Both the position numbers and the translations under genes were made by a program. A DNA stretch of 64,000 nucleotides from Atractiella rhizophila (taxonomy: Eukaryota). The stretch is taken from NCBI GenBank assembly GCA_021432655.1, contig MU271262.1, forward strand, positions 1 through 64,000. Direction: 5' to 3'. The notes under the pieces were generated by a model. The model saw only the letters and a program-made list of their open reading frames with translations, was not told the DNA's origin and did not search any database. Shown here in pieces: positions 10,596-21,841 of this stretch (within the stretch, counting starts at the first letter, position 1; every line of letters starts with the position of its first letter).

Positions 10596-12110
10596 ATGTC
10601 ATTTCAAACGCTCCGAATCAGCTTTGTCTTACCTCACATGGATGATGCTCCTGCAAAGGTATTCTCGAAATTGTCCTATTTCTCACTTAGTTGTCTCGAA
10701 AGTACATTTGAAAACGATGGTGTAGCAAACCTTGACATCCGGTTCGAGTTAGAAAAAGTCACGGCAACATTTGGGGTGAGCAGACTGCCTACGCCAGTCG
10801 ATTTGGACGGGCTACTGTTCGACTTCACTCGCACATTTCCTCTCGTTCTGGAAAATTTCTATCAGGGCATCTTCGCCGCCGTCGCTGTTTACTCCGAAGA
10901 CAGACAGTGTTTCATCCCTATTGTTGGTGGCGAATCATCATCACCCACATCATTCCCTCAAAACGGCGCAACTATCCAACTCTCGCTCTCGCCAACTCTG
11001 ATGACCATTCCATCTCCAATCTCCAGCCTCCCTCTCGAGCTGCTCTGTCTCATCTTTGATTTCTTCACATCAAACCAATGCAACGATTTTCCCCTCCACG
11101 ATCACCGAGCTTTAGTCCTCTCGAAAGTCTGCCAGCTCTGGAGAGTTGTTTCAGCGCCATATTGGACTGAGCCTACTTCTGCGAAAGACAAACATGCCTG
11201 CTTGAAGCTATATCCCGGTGCTGGGCGTCTATGGAGAGACTTGGAGTTTGAAGATGATGATAGTGTTGGGATGGTGACAGAGATCATCATGAGGTCACCA
11301 AATGTGAGGTTGGTGAGGATGGATGCATTTTGGAATGAAGAGGAGGCTAGGATTGTATTGAACGCAGTTGAAGGCTTGACAAGGGTGGAAAGGGTAACTT
11401 TTGGAAATATTGGCCTGAGAAAGTGGAGGAAGGAGGAGGTGGAGACGTTTACGCACAGGATATGTAAGAGGATCCGACGGTTCGAAGCATATGAAGTGGA
11501 TGACTCTTCTTTGGCCTCCTCTCTGGCTTCATCGGGAATCCAGCTACCCCCTGGACTCATATCTCTGGACCTTTACAAGTACCCTCTCTCCTCGCTCTCC
11601 CTCCCACACAGCCTCCTGGAGCTTTATCTATCGAATCTATGTCCCCTTCCCCTTTCCATCTCAAGCTCCCCATTGCCGCCTCTTCTAAATCGTCTCTCGC
11701 TCAAACTCGCACCCTACATGGCGAACGGAAATACCTCTATTCTACCCAACCCTCTCAACTTGTCACACCTCACACATCTCACCCGCCTCTTCCTTGATGG
11801 TGGTGAGGAAACTTCGAACATTGTCTCCTACCAGTTCTTCAGCACTCTAAAAAATGCAAAGAAAATTAGGCACATCGACCTTCGATACTGTGTGGTGGAG
11901 TGGTTTGGTTTCCCAGAATTCATCTGCTGGTTTCTTCTTGGTCGAGGGGTTAAGAAAGGACTTTATTTAAGGGTTCTTTTATTCTTCGGAGAGTGGCATG
12001 AAGAACAACTCAGGAGTTCTAGAACAATCATACAAGATTGTGGATGGAACTCAAATGGAGCATCAGGGATCCAGGAATCTGGTGAGGAGGGCTCTGACGA
12101 TTTTGACTGA
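10596..12110 (+). CDS. F-box + LRR-like protein, intronless
   Basis: F-box motif ISSLPLELLCLIFDF...LSKVCQLWR followed by LxxLxL repeats. ~500-aa uninterrupted ORF. Confidence 0.75.
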   Translation: MSFQTLRISFVLPHMDDAPAKVFSKLSYFSLSCLESTFENDGVANLDIRFELEKVTATFGVSRLPTPVDLDGLLFDFTRTFPLVLENFYQGIFAAVAVYSEDRQCFIPIVGGESSSPTSFPQNGATIQLSLSPTLMTIPSPISSLPLELLCLIFDFFTSNQCNDFPLHDHRALVLSKVCQLWRVVSAPYWTEPTSAKDKHACLKLYPGAGRLWRDLEFEDDDSVGMVTEIIMRSPNVRLVRMDAFWNEEEARIVLNAVEGLTRVERVTFGNIGLRKWRKEEVETFTHRICKRIRRFEAYEVDDSSLASSLASSGIQLPPGLISLDLYKYPLSSLSLPHSLLELYLSNLCPLPLSISSSPLPPLLNRLSLKLAPYMANGNTSILPNPLNLSHLTHLTRLFLDGGEETSNIVSYQFFSTLKNAKKIRHIDLRYCVVEWFGFPEFICWFLLGRGVKKGLYLRVLLFFGEWHEEQLRSSRTIIQDCGWNSNGASGIQESGEEGSDDFD

Positions 12111-12799
12111 CACTAACATCATGTCCCCTCTTCTCAAGTCCCTTCTATGTGGTTGGAAGGTTTGTAAGACATATTCATCAGCTTGTAATAACCTCTGTAA
12201 CCAATCCCGAGCTTTCTTTTCCTCAGACTTGATGAGATACAGATCTACAAAGCCTCAAAAGCGGTGAGAATACATTTCATTTGTACTTAAGAGAAACAAC
12301 TTTACCTGACAAAAGCAAAGGGACTCGCACTGCAGTGGTCTTGCATATTTGTAAGAAACCATCACCATAGCCCATTGCTATCAAGCAAAAGAAGAAAAGG
12401 GATAGGGAAAGGGATAAAGGTAGGACCAATGTCAGCAGGAGAGGGCAGAACCATCAGAGTCCAACAAAGTGGGACTCCAAAGCAAACCAAAGACGACACA
12501 CTCACTGTGTAGTGTCTTCCTTCTTGATGTGTTCCTCTCAAACACATCCAACAGTAAATAACTAGGAGCAGGAGGGTGGAGGAGCAATAGTAAGGGGTGT
12601 ACTACTCACGGGTGCCCTTGTATTAACTTAGACTCTACTCATCAACATACGTTTACAGTTAAGCACATTAGTTTACATAGATGACTTATTATACATTACT
12701 TGTGGCTTAAACACCACTAATACTTGTATCTCAGAGCCAGATAGAGCCATTTTAAATGTGAAACAAATCAAAATTTGATATAAAACTCTCTTTAACTCT

Positions 12800-12988
12800 T
12801 TCAAACGAGTACCCCACGGATACCTGCCATTTCAGGACATATGCTCACAAGTACTCTTAGGTACTTAGCAGGGAACATGAACGGGTACCCCTGATGAAAA
12901 TTTACCCTCTGTAGCTGATTTGTAACTTGTTGTGCATGGGTACCTGTGGAACAAGTACCCACGAGTACCATACTTGTTGACATCTCTA
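12800..12988 (-). mobile_element. hAT-type transposon end (TIR TAGAGATGTC plus TACC/GGTA subterminal repeats)
   Basis: TAGAGATG resembles Ac-family (T/C)AGGGATG termini. Many TACCC/GGGTA motifs lie internal to it. The partner end was not found. Confidence 0.5.
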
Positions 12989-13057
12989 ATTCACAACTGA
13001 GAATAATGGAAATTGAAAGAAATTAGCGAGGATAATTCAGACCTCAGTGGACGGAGA

Positions 13058-13700
13058 TGTCACAGCTGGTGGGGTACAAATCTATCCGGGCGTTACCCAT
13101 GATTAAACTTTGTTGAGTCGAAATTCAATTGACTACGATCAAAGAGCCGTATTGGACCCCTATCGGAAGTTGACCCATTTTTACCTACGGCTGCTGATAC
13201 GATACGACTCCGGCTCCTGAGCCGCCACAAATCGCCCAAGGCTGTTCCGATTCGGTTCGATTCGATAGCCATTCTATTTTGGTTGCCTAAAGGGTCCTAA
13301 CACCCCCTCTATAAGCTGTCTCTCTTGCGTTTCCCTGCTCCTCAAGATGAGGTGGCAACGCACCGTATGCTCCATGTGCTAAATGAGGATGCTCTGGATG
13401 ATCAGGGTGGTCATGGAGAGTCCTGAGGCAGTCTATTTCGTTCCTTTTAGATGGCAAAGTGCTGTGGGATCACTGTTTTTTGCATCACATCATCAGCAGC
13501 TATCGTGGTCTTAAGTGGATGATGTGATGATTTAACGGATCGTTAGGCCAACAGGTGGAGCTCCTGCTTTATGAGACATCCGCACTGCTCCAGTGAGTTG
13601 ATTTATGGCCAAAAACTCAGCCTGAATGGCTATGAGGAGCTTCTACTAAGCCGCATAAGTGATGGCCCCAATAGCAGGTGGAGATGGATATATAAACTAC
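13058..13700 (-). mobile_element. Degenerate LTR element 3' end (LTR 13058-13302, PPT 13303-13310)
   Basis: Minus-strand AGAGGGGG purine tract abuts TGTTAG...GTGACA. The upstream region is a decayed, possibly integrase C-terminal sequence. Confidence 0.45.
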
Positions 13701-14099
13701 TCTGGCTCTGTATGGCCTTTCTCCATCAATCTAATACCTTTCATGATGTCTAGAAGCAATATGAAGACCCTTCCTAGCTTGTTTGATGCTGTTAGAGAGA
13801 AATACTCTATTTCTTTGGATCCTCTGATCAAGGAAAAGGTATCAATGAAAGGTGGGTGTTCTTCTCAATTCTTTACAACTTTCTTTTGATAAATACTGGT
13901 TATCTTTTTAGATCCCATGGAGTGTTACGGATTGGAAGCTTTTACGATTGGTTTCAATGGCAATGATCTCTGTCACAATGTTTTTCCAAGGCAGATATGT
14001 TCTTTGCTTTTGTACTGTTCTATCCTTTTTGTGACTTTGTGGTTTCATTTCAGTGAAGCGTTGGGGATGAGAACATCCCCTTGGTTCTCTCTTATGATC

Positions 14100-15177
14100 C
14101 CATCAGTGACGAATTCTCTAATTCCAAATCATCGACAACTCTCGTGAAATAGATGAAGAAGTATTTTCGGTAGAGCAATACAAGAAAATCCTGGATTACC
14201 GTCCCCGTCCAGGTGGCCATTGGATCGACGCTAGGGGACGTAGAGGGCACCGATTTGATGAGCAAGCCCAAGGGGAGGGAGCAGTGGATAGCCCAGCCGT
14301 TGAAAAAGACTGCTCCCTTTTCACTCCTGGCGAAAAGCGTGAGCATGATCCTTATTGTTCATACCAGCACAACGCTAAACCCTCCTATACAGCCTGGGAG
14401 AAGGATCAACTTGCTGCTCCAAAGCTTGACAGCCAGCTTGAAGGACAACCTTCGAAGGCAGAAAAAATACTGGGGTTTCCCCCTCCACCTGGGTGCCCGT
14501 TAAGTCAGCGCTAAGGGAGGAAGATAGTGATTTCGACTCAGCAGACACACGACCGGGGCGGAGTGGAGGCTAGCCCAGCCGTCAAGAGAACCAACTCCCT
14601 TTCCATCCCAGTTGGAAAGTGTGAGCAGCCTTTCCCATAACTCAACACCAGAGGTTAACGCTCCAACATTTCCTCTCAGCGTGCAGACCTTCCAAAATGC
14701 TTTTGCCGACACCTCTAGGCTTACAGATACTGAGTTCTTCATCGGAACGATATCAGAACACAAAATCCCTGAAGAAGTTGTAAATAGCTATAGAAAAGAC
14801 GACCCACGAGACCGCGAGCGAAGAAGATGAGACACAGCCACCAGGAAAATCCCGCGTGAATGGAACTGGATGGGAGACAATGGAGCAGAGATGGGAAAGA
14901 TTGAAGGGTCATTTCGTGATTGGAGATGGAAAGGAAGTCTCGAACCTAACTGAAAGCAGAGACAACAAGTCATGAAAGTCCTCAGAGATCACGTCGATGT
15001 ATTTGCTACTTCAATAGGCGACATGTCTCGAACTGACACCATCCAGCACTCTGTAAAGCTCAAGCCAAACTCGCCTCCAACACACTTGTCTTTCCAACAA
15101 GCTCGCTCCTCCACAGCGCGAATTTATGGACAACGAAATCAACGTCATGCTATGTGACGCCATCATTATCCAGCTTC
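14100..15177 (+). pseudogene. Degenerate Gypsy pol fragment (5' half of the old element that continues at 4703 on the minus strand)
   Basis: VLRDHVDVFATSIGDMSRTDTIQHSVKLKPNSPP...EINVML is typical of the PR-RT junction. Multiple stops and frameshifts. Left boundary approximate. Confidence 0.7.
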
Positions 15178-18100
15178 TGTGAGCTGATGCCCAGCGAAAA
15201 TGGATGGTGGAACGCTCTAAATGCAATGAAGGCTACGTACCTGATCCCCGGCGAAAATGAGATGGTGGAAGGCCGGGGAATCAGGGTGCTAAGAAACCTA
15301 ACCCTATGTACACGTTGTAATGTAAGAAGACAACTGGAGTGAAAACAAATGAATGTGCACTTGTGCCAAAGAATGAACAGAAAGAGAGAATAGTACAGTT
15401 TGTAGACAACTGAAAGGAACGGATGTGAAGAGGAGCTGAATGGAATGAATGTAGCCATACTATTCTCTCACACCCCCCTTTGCTTAAGGCAGGTATGACC
15501 AAAACCATGAAAGCGATGTAAGTCGGCAAAAAGGAAGAGTAACAATCAGAAAAAACATAGAGGAAAAGAAAAATTAAATCGAGTCTGCAGAAAATTGAAA
15601 TCAATCTATTACAACGAGAGAAGGCCCATCTCGGAGCATAGTTTCGAGTGTTGAAGGTGTCCTAAACCTTTGGTCAGAACGTCAGCGACCATTTCTTGCA
15701 TCGAGACCTATTTGAGGATAATATCCCCATTTGCTACCTTGCATGTGAAGTGATAATGCACATCTATGTGCAAGGTCCTGCTGTGGTTAAAGGGATGCTT
15801 CACAAGTAAAAGAGACCCCTGGTTGTCACCTCGAATAAGTGTGGATCCTTGTTGGGGAAACCCCAATTAGGAAAGAAGTGCTCGAAGCCAAATCACTTCC
15901 AATGGATAGGGCAATGTGTTCCGCTTCCCTTGAGGATACAGCAACAGTGGGTCGCACCTTTGAGATCCACGATATCGCAGAGCATCCTAAACAAAAGACA
16001 ACACCAGAAATAGAGCACCTGGTATCTAAGTCAGCAGTGTGATCAGAATCAGAAAATCCATCCAGCATTGTGCTCCCTGTAGCTTCCCATATGAGTTTAA
16101 ACCCCAGAGTCCCTGGGAGGTACCGAAAAATGTGTTGTACCATGGTCCAATGTTGATGTCCAGGATTCACGTTGTAACATGCAGCCCAGTTAACCGCAAA
16201 GGCTATGTCAGGACGGGTGTTCACTGCGGCATAGATCAGAGCTCCCACTGCCTCTTGATAAGGAATTCGCTTCATATACTCCCTATCACCTTCAGTCTGA
16301 GCAGACCAGTTATCCGAAACCTTATTATTGACATCACATGGTGTCTTGACTGGTTGCATATCCCATCCCTGTCAATACACTTACAGATGTAACCTTCCTG
16401 GTCGAGAGCTATGCGACTTTGTTCCTCGTCCCATGTCATCCGTATGCCCAAGAAGTTTCCTACAGGTGAGGTAGTGATATTGAACTGAGACTGAAGCGCT
16501 GTGTATAGTTGTTCGATGAGTGCGTGTGTAGAAGCGGCTACCAGTCCGTCATCGACATGGATGGCAACAATAGTGAAACCTCCCTCAGTGTTCTTGATGT
16601 CTACCCCATGATCTGCATCCAATTGAGTGAAACTGTGGCCTATGAAGAAGTTGTGCGCAGCATCATTCCAACCTTTACCTGCTTGTCGGAGGCCATACAG
16701 GTTTTCCGTATTCTATAGACGTGAGTGGGATGTTCATGGTCCACGAAAAGGGAAGAAATATCAGGTATATCCCCTGACCAGAGTGCTAAAGGACATTTCC
16801 AAACACTATGAAAAAACTTAGGAAGGTGGTTTAAGGTGTCAACAGCAAATTGTACAGCTTTTTCCCAAAAAGACAAAGGTAATCCGGATTCCAATAAAAT
16901 AGTGCGTGCCATATCAAAAATGGTATACCAGTGACGTTCCATAAACCCCATCTGATTGTGGACATAAAGGATAGATGTTTCATGAACAATACCTGACTTC
17001 TGAATAAAACTTGCAAAAACTAATGACTTAAACTCCCCACCATTATCACTTTGCAAAATCTTTACCTTGATATTGTGACGACGTTCTGTCTCCATTATCC
17101 ACAATCTTAACGCCCCGGTGGCATCCGACTTGAGTCGCAGAGGAATCCACCATATCATGGCAGTAGACTCTTTGATGATTCCGAGCCCATAACGAAAACC
17201 GTTCTGCAAAGCAGGAACAGGTACTAGGCCCCACAAATCACAGTCAATCCGTTCACCAAGGGTGAACAAAGACTTCCTTGTGGTCTGTCGATTCGGTCGT
17301 GTTTTTGATTTCCCGGCTGCACAAACAGTACAGGATTCAAAAGCATTGAGATTGCAATCAAAGCCCGTAACCCATCCTCCTGTACATATTTCCTGTCAGT
17401 GTTTAGTGCCTACATGGCCTAATCACAAATGCCACATTTTGGAAGATGTAACTGCAAAAGCAGATGGGCTTAAATGAGCTATGTTCACAGTGGGCTGAGC
17501 TGGGGAGGGGAACTCGCTTGGAGTTCTATTTGTGATTGGCCAAACTTCGCCATACCAAAGTGTCCACCATCTTCTCAACTAAAGAAGAGGCGCTTGCGGT
17601 CGTTGGTGAACTTGATCCTGCGCCTTGTGAGGTCAAAGTGAGACACCAACGTGACACCGACTCCGGGGACATAGAGGCCTGTGCCGAGATCTGCTTGGGA
17701 AACCAATTTTCCGCTTTGATCCTCAAGAAGTGGTCGAACCCTGCCAACGTGGGTTGCAAATCCACCACTCCCAAATGCCCCACCTACAAAAACCGGTTGA
17801 TGGGTTGAAGATCGTTGAACAACGCCATGGAGCCGGACATATGAACTCTTGCAGTGGAGTCGACGTAGCAAAGTATGGATATGGAGGGAATATCCGGATG
17901 ATCGTGTGTGAGGACGGATGCCGTAGGAGGGATGACGGCATCATAGCTGGTAAAGGGGGGAAAACGAGCTGTCGAATCAAGGTCAGAAAGTGTGGTGGAA
18001 TGGAGAGCGGCAACATTTGCTGCATAATCAACAGGTAAGAACCGTTCAGCAATTGAAGCAGGGAATTCAAGAAAACGAAGAAAATTGTGTGGGAGATCGA

Positions 18101-20205
18101 AATTAACAAACTTTGATATCGTGAAGGGAAGACAATTTTGAATCCAAGAAGAATTAGGAGAGAATTTTGGCTGATCAGGTGTAGACAAATGAAAAGGGGT
18201 CGAAAGAGGTGGGGCAGAAGTATGAGTGGAAACAAGGAATGCAGAGGGAGGATGGGAAGTGATTTTTCCGTGAGCCATGTCATGTTCTTCCATGAAAGCG
18301 AGGTATTCTTGATCTGAAATCTCTTGCAGTGCCCCATCGAATGACGTATCACCATTTGAGGCGGACTGGACATGGTATGAAAGCGAGGATCATTCGAAGG
18401 AACTGGGTTCTCACGAGAAAATTGGGGAAGGAAAAGCGGGTGAACGTTAAGATCTGAGTGTTGAGCAGTAAGAGGAACAGGCCAGTTCGCAGTAAGAGGA
18501 ACAGGCCAGTTCGCAGTAAGAGGAACAGGCCAGTTCGTTGTTCGTAAGCGACCTGAACATAAGATGGCCAGTACGACAGGTCACCATTGTGGATAATTTT
18601 TCCATCAAGGTTCCCATCGTATCACCCATCAGGTCCAGGGCTAAAAATGTCGTTGGCCGCACGTGGAATGCCATCGCTATTGAGTTCATTCGGAGACACA
18701 ACAACACGGCTGGCAATCAAAACGGAGGGGTGGAAGTAGTGAGCTCGACCGGAAGGATTGGGTCGAAGAGTAATGCCCATGGCTTCAAAAGCAGCATCAC
18801 GGGGGCTCTCCCGCTGTGCAGCCGGTATGCGGCAGCCAGAACATATGTGTCCCATACTGAGACAGTAGACATATTGGTGGTCTGCACAATAAAGTGACCC
18901 GACGGCGAAATAGATCCTGGCCAGGCTTCAATACCATCATAGTCCCATGCCCGTCGGCCAAAACGTGGGTTCCCGGACGACTATAAACGCGCTGTGCAAG
19001 ACGGTATGTCTTCAATAGGAATAGAGGTATGTCTCGGTGATGAGGTTGCCAAGGAAGGTCGATAAGGTGGTGTAGATGGGTGCCTTGATGTGGACATTTG
19101 AGTGCGTATTGTTGCAGATGACGCAGGTGAAAAAAACGTTGAAAAGAGGAAGGTGAAAAACGTAGTGGCTAGGAAGAGGGTGGCAATGGTAAAGACCTGG
19201 AGGAGGAACGAGATACAGCATATACACTTGTCTCTCTCTGGAAATGCATGGGCATAGCACCATCCCATTTTTGAGTAGCGTGTTCATCACATCTTCTGCT
19301 TTTAGTTTTTGGAATAGGTTGTAGAGGTCATTTCTGGTAACATTCTTTGGGTTGAGTGCAAATTATCTCCATTCTGGTTCAAGGAGATTAACGAATAGGA
19401 GGAAACGGACCGCATCAGACAGAGCGTATAGAATCCACAGAGTAGCTCCGTGTAAATGGCATTCCATTCGATGATGAACTGCGCTAAAGACGTGCATCTG
19501 GATCCGCTTTGATAGAAGGTAATCAGCCTCACTATAATAGTATGACCCATGACCGCCTGCGCAGTACTGTAAAGTGCACACATCTTTGCAACTATGGAGC
19601 TGGCAACATGTTTGTCGTCCTCAGAAAGTTGATTCGTTGCCGTGAGGTCTAAGTTCGCAAGGACAATTGCCACCACCTTTAGGTTTCCAGCCTTCCAACG
19701 TTCCATAGCATCCTCCCATTGTGATGGATTACTGAATGTATTGCGAAGCAGTTCGATGCGGTGAAAATTTTCCGCCGCAAACTGCTCACCCAAAGCATAG
19801 TGGTAAACCATACGGACCTGGAGACCCATCTTCATCGCAGCCCACCAACTCATAAAGCCCACTCGTAAAATGGAGGGCACTCCATCAACAATAAGCCCGT
19901 AGACCCCGCCGATGTTTCCATCTTGACCGTACAGAAGAAACGAGGAGGAGAAGATGTGTGAGAAGAAGGGATTAAGGATTTGGTAGTATTCGAAGGGGCA
20001 GGAGAAAGTGGTCTGGTGGTGTGATCCGAAGTATGCGGAGAAGGGTCTCTATTGTCAAATGTGTGAGGTATCGAGAAGACATGTACAAGCAGTAGACTTT
20101 ATGGTGTTAATACAATATTCACAATGGGTGGCATCAAACCCAATGTTTGACAATCGAGGGGATATTTGTCGCTAACAGATGGCTCTCGCTACCATGTGAG
20201 CTGAT
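15178..20205 (-). mobile_element. Degenerate Ty1/Copia retrotransposon (3' LTR 15178-15472, RNase H, RT, IN, PR, gag, PBS, 11-bp stub of the 5' LTR)
   Basis: LTR TGTGAG...CTCACA, PPT at 15473. IPYQEAVGALIY, TRPDIAFAV, GFSDSD, VDDGLV, integrase LQSDNGGEF, protease YVDSTARVHMSG. PBS TGGTAGCGAGAGCC at 20181-20194. Confidence 0.93.
18465..18536. repeat. 3 x 24-bp tandem repeat GCAGTAAGAGGAACAGGCCAGTTC inside the Copia element
   Basis: Read directly from the sequence. Confidence 0.95.
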
Positions 20206-21841
20206 CCCCTGGAACCTTGCAGGGCTGGTCTAGTGCTGACCTAGTCACTCAAGGCACTACCACTCAAAACAGTGCATGCTTAGAGCTGGTTTAGGACCGA
20301 TTTTTGGCTCCACAGCAGTGACGACTCAGTGCTTTTAGTGCCCTGCCAGTGCCCCTTTGGTGCTTTTGTGTAAATCACATAGTTAGTGCTTTTAGTATAC
20401 GGTGAGTGCATTGTAGTGCTGCTTTAGTGCTTGAAAACAGTACACATGTAGTGCTATTATTGTCGTGCTCCAGTGATGGCTCAGGTGCAGGAGAAGTACT
20501 GTGTTATGGATAGAATTGCACTCCGTTAGACCCCTAATCGACACTGGCTGCTGCATGTCCAGTGCTAGTCCTTCTCTCCCGTTTCCCCAGTGCCCCTGCC
20601 TAAATCCTTCCCCAGACCCTCTTCTCCCTAAGATACCTGAAAGCCACACCGTGTTATCTTTGCCTTCGTAGCCGAAGTCCATCTATTGTTCCTGCACTGT
20701 TACCTGCATCACTCCCTCTGCCACTTCCACTAGCAAGGCCCATTTGGTTGCCCTGGTCCACCTTGAGCAGTCAAAAAAGTTCCAGTATCCTTTTGTAATA
20801 CTAACTCCTACATTGTACTCCTAATCTATGTTGAGAACTTAGCTAGGCGGAGGGTGGCTCACTTGGTTTTGTAGCATTTTCTTCCAATGCTCTGCATTCC
20901 AGCGGTTATCTTTTGCCAGTTTTTTCACCTCGACCAGCTGCGTTATTGCATCCTGCTTGTCAAGCAGAGGTCTAAGTTTCTCTACATCCTCCCGCAGTTT
21001 CATAACTTCCTCTGGAGGTAGAGCGCCGGGGTCCTCTTCGCTCTTCTTTGACTTCCCTCTCTTCTTCTTGCTTGCACCAACCACATTTGTCTGTCCCCCT
21101 GCCCCAGCTTGAGGGGTGCGGGACGGGTGTCTGATGGCTCGATAGGCCCAGATGGAATGCCATTGCTATTGGGAGGATACGGGAAGCAAGAGTCCTTGCT
21201 GCATGGTGGCACAGGAACGAGACCATGCTCTTGAAGAGGGGGTGGAGGAAGATGGTTTTCTGTAGGAGGGGGAATTGCATTGTCATGACCCTATTGCAAG
21301 GCGAGAGTGAAGTGATGGTTTTGTTCCAGAGGAGGTGTGATTTCGAGAATGCAAGGAGAAGTCGGAGGAAGGCACTGAGCAGTAGAACGAAATGGAGGAA
21401 TTAGATGTTCTTCGGCTTCGAGGATCGGGGTGGTGCCCGCAAGAGGATCTGTACGGTGCTGTGACTTTTCATGCAACGATTTTGAATACTCGCCTGGTAC
21501 CATACTATTGAGAGCTTTGGCTGAATGCACATCCTTACCCAGTGTGAGAATCCTAGTGAACCTCGAAGGTAAGAAGTGACACTCACAAAAATAGTGTTGC
21601 TACCACCTCCCTCCAACCAAGCCTCAACTAGACTCTCGGCCAGCCTCCCTATACAGCTAAAGTCCAGAAGTAATGGCGTCAGATCCATCGAATCCGAATA
21701 TGCCTCCTTCCATCGCTTGCATAAACGTTGCGCGACCTTTGCACCCTTCACCACGACTTGAAGCAGCTTCCCAATTGCTTCCCGTGAACCCACATTCTCC
21801 CATTTCTTCAAGCAGAACAGCGTCTCCTCACCAAGGCTATT
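20206..21841 (-). mobile_element. CACTA-like DNA transposon, other half (second TIR plus degenerate accessory ORF)
   Basis: TIR CCCCTGGAACCTTGCAGGGCTGGTCTAGTGCTG matches 4988-5020 at 29/33. Dense (T/C)AGTGC subterminal repeats at 20230-20460. Broken minus-strand ORFs with a basic NLS-like stretch. Confidence 0.7.
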
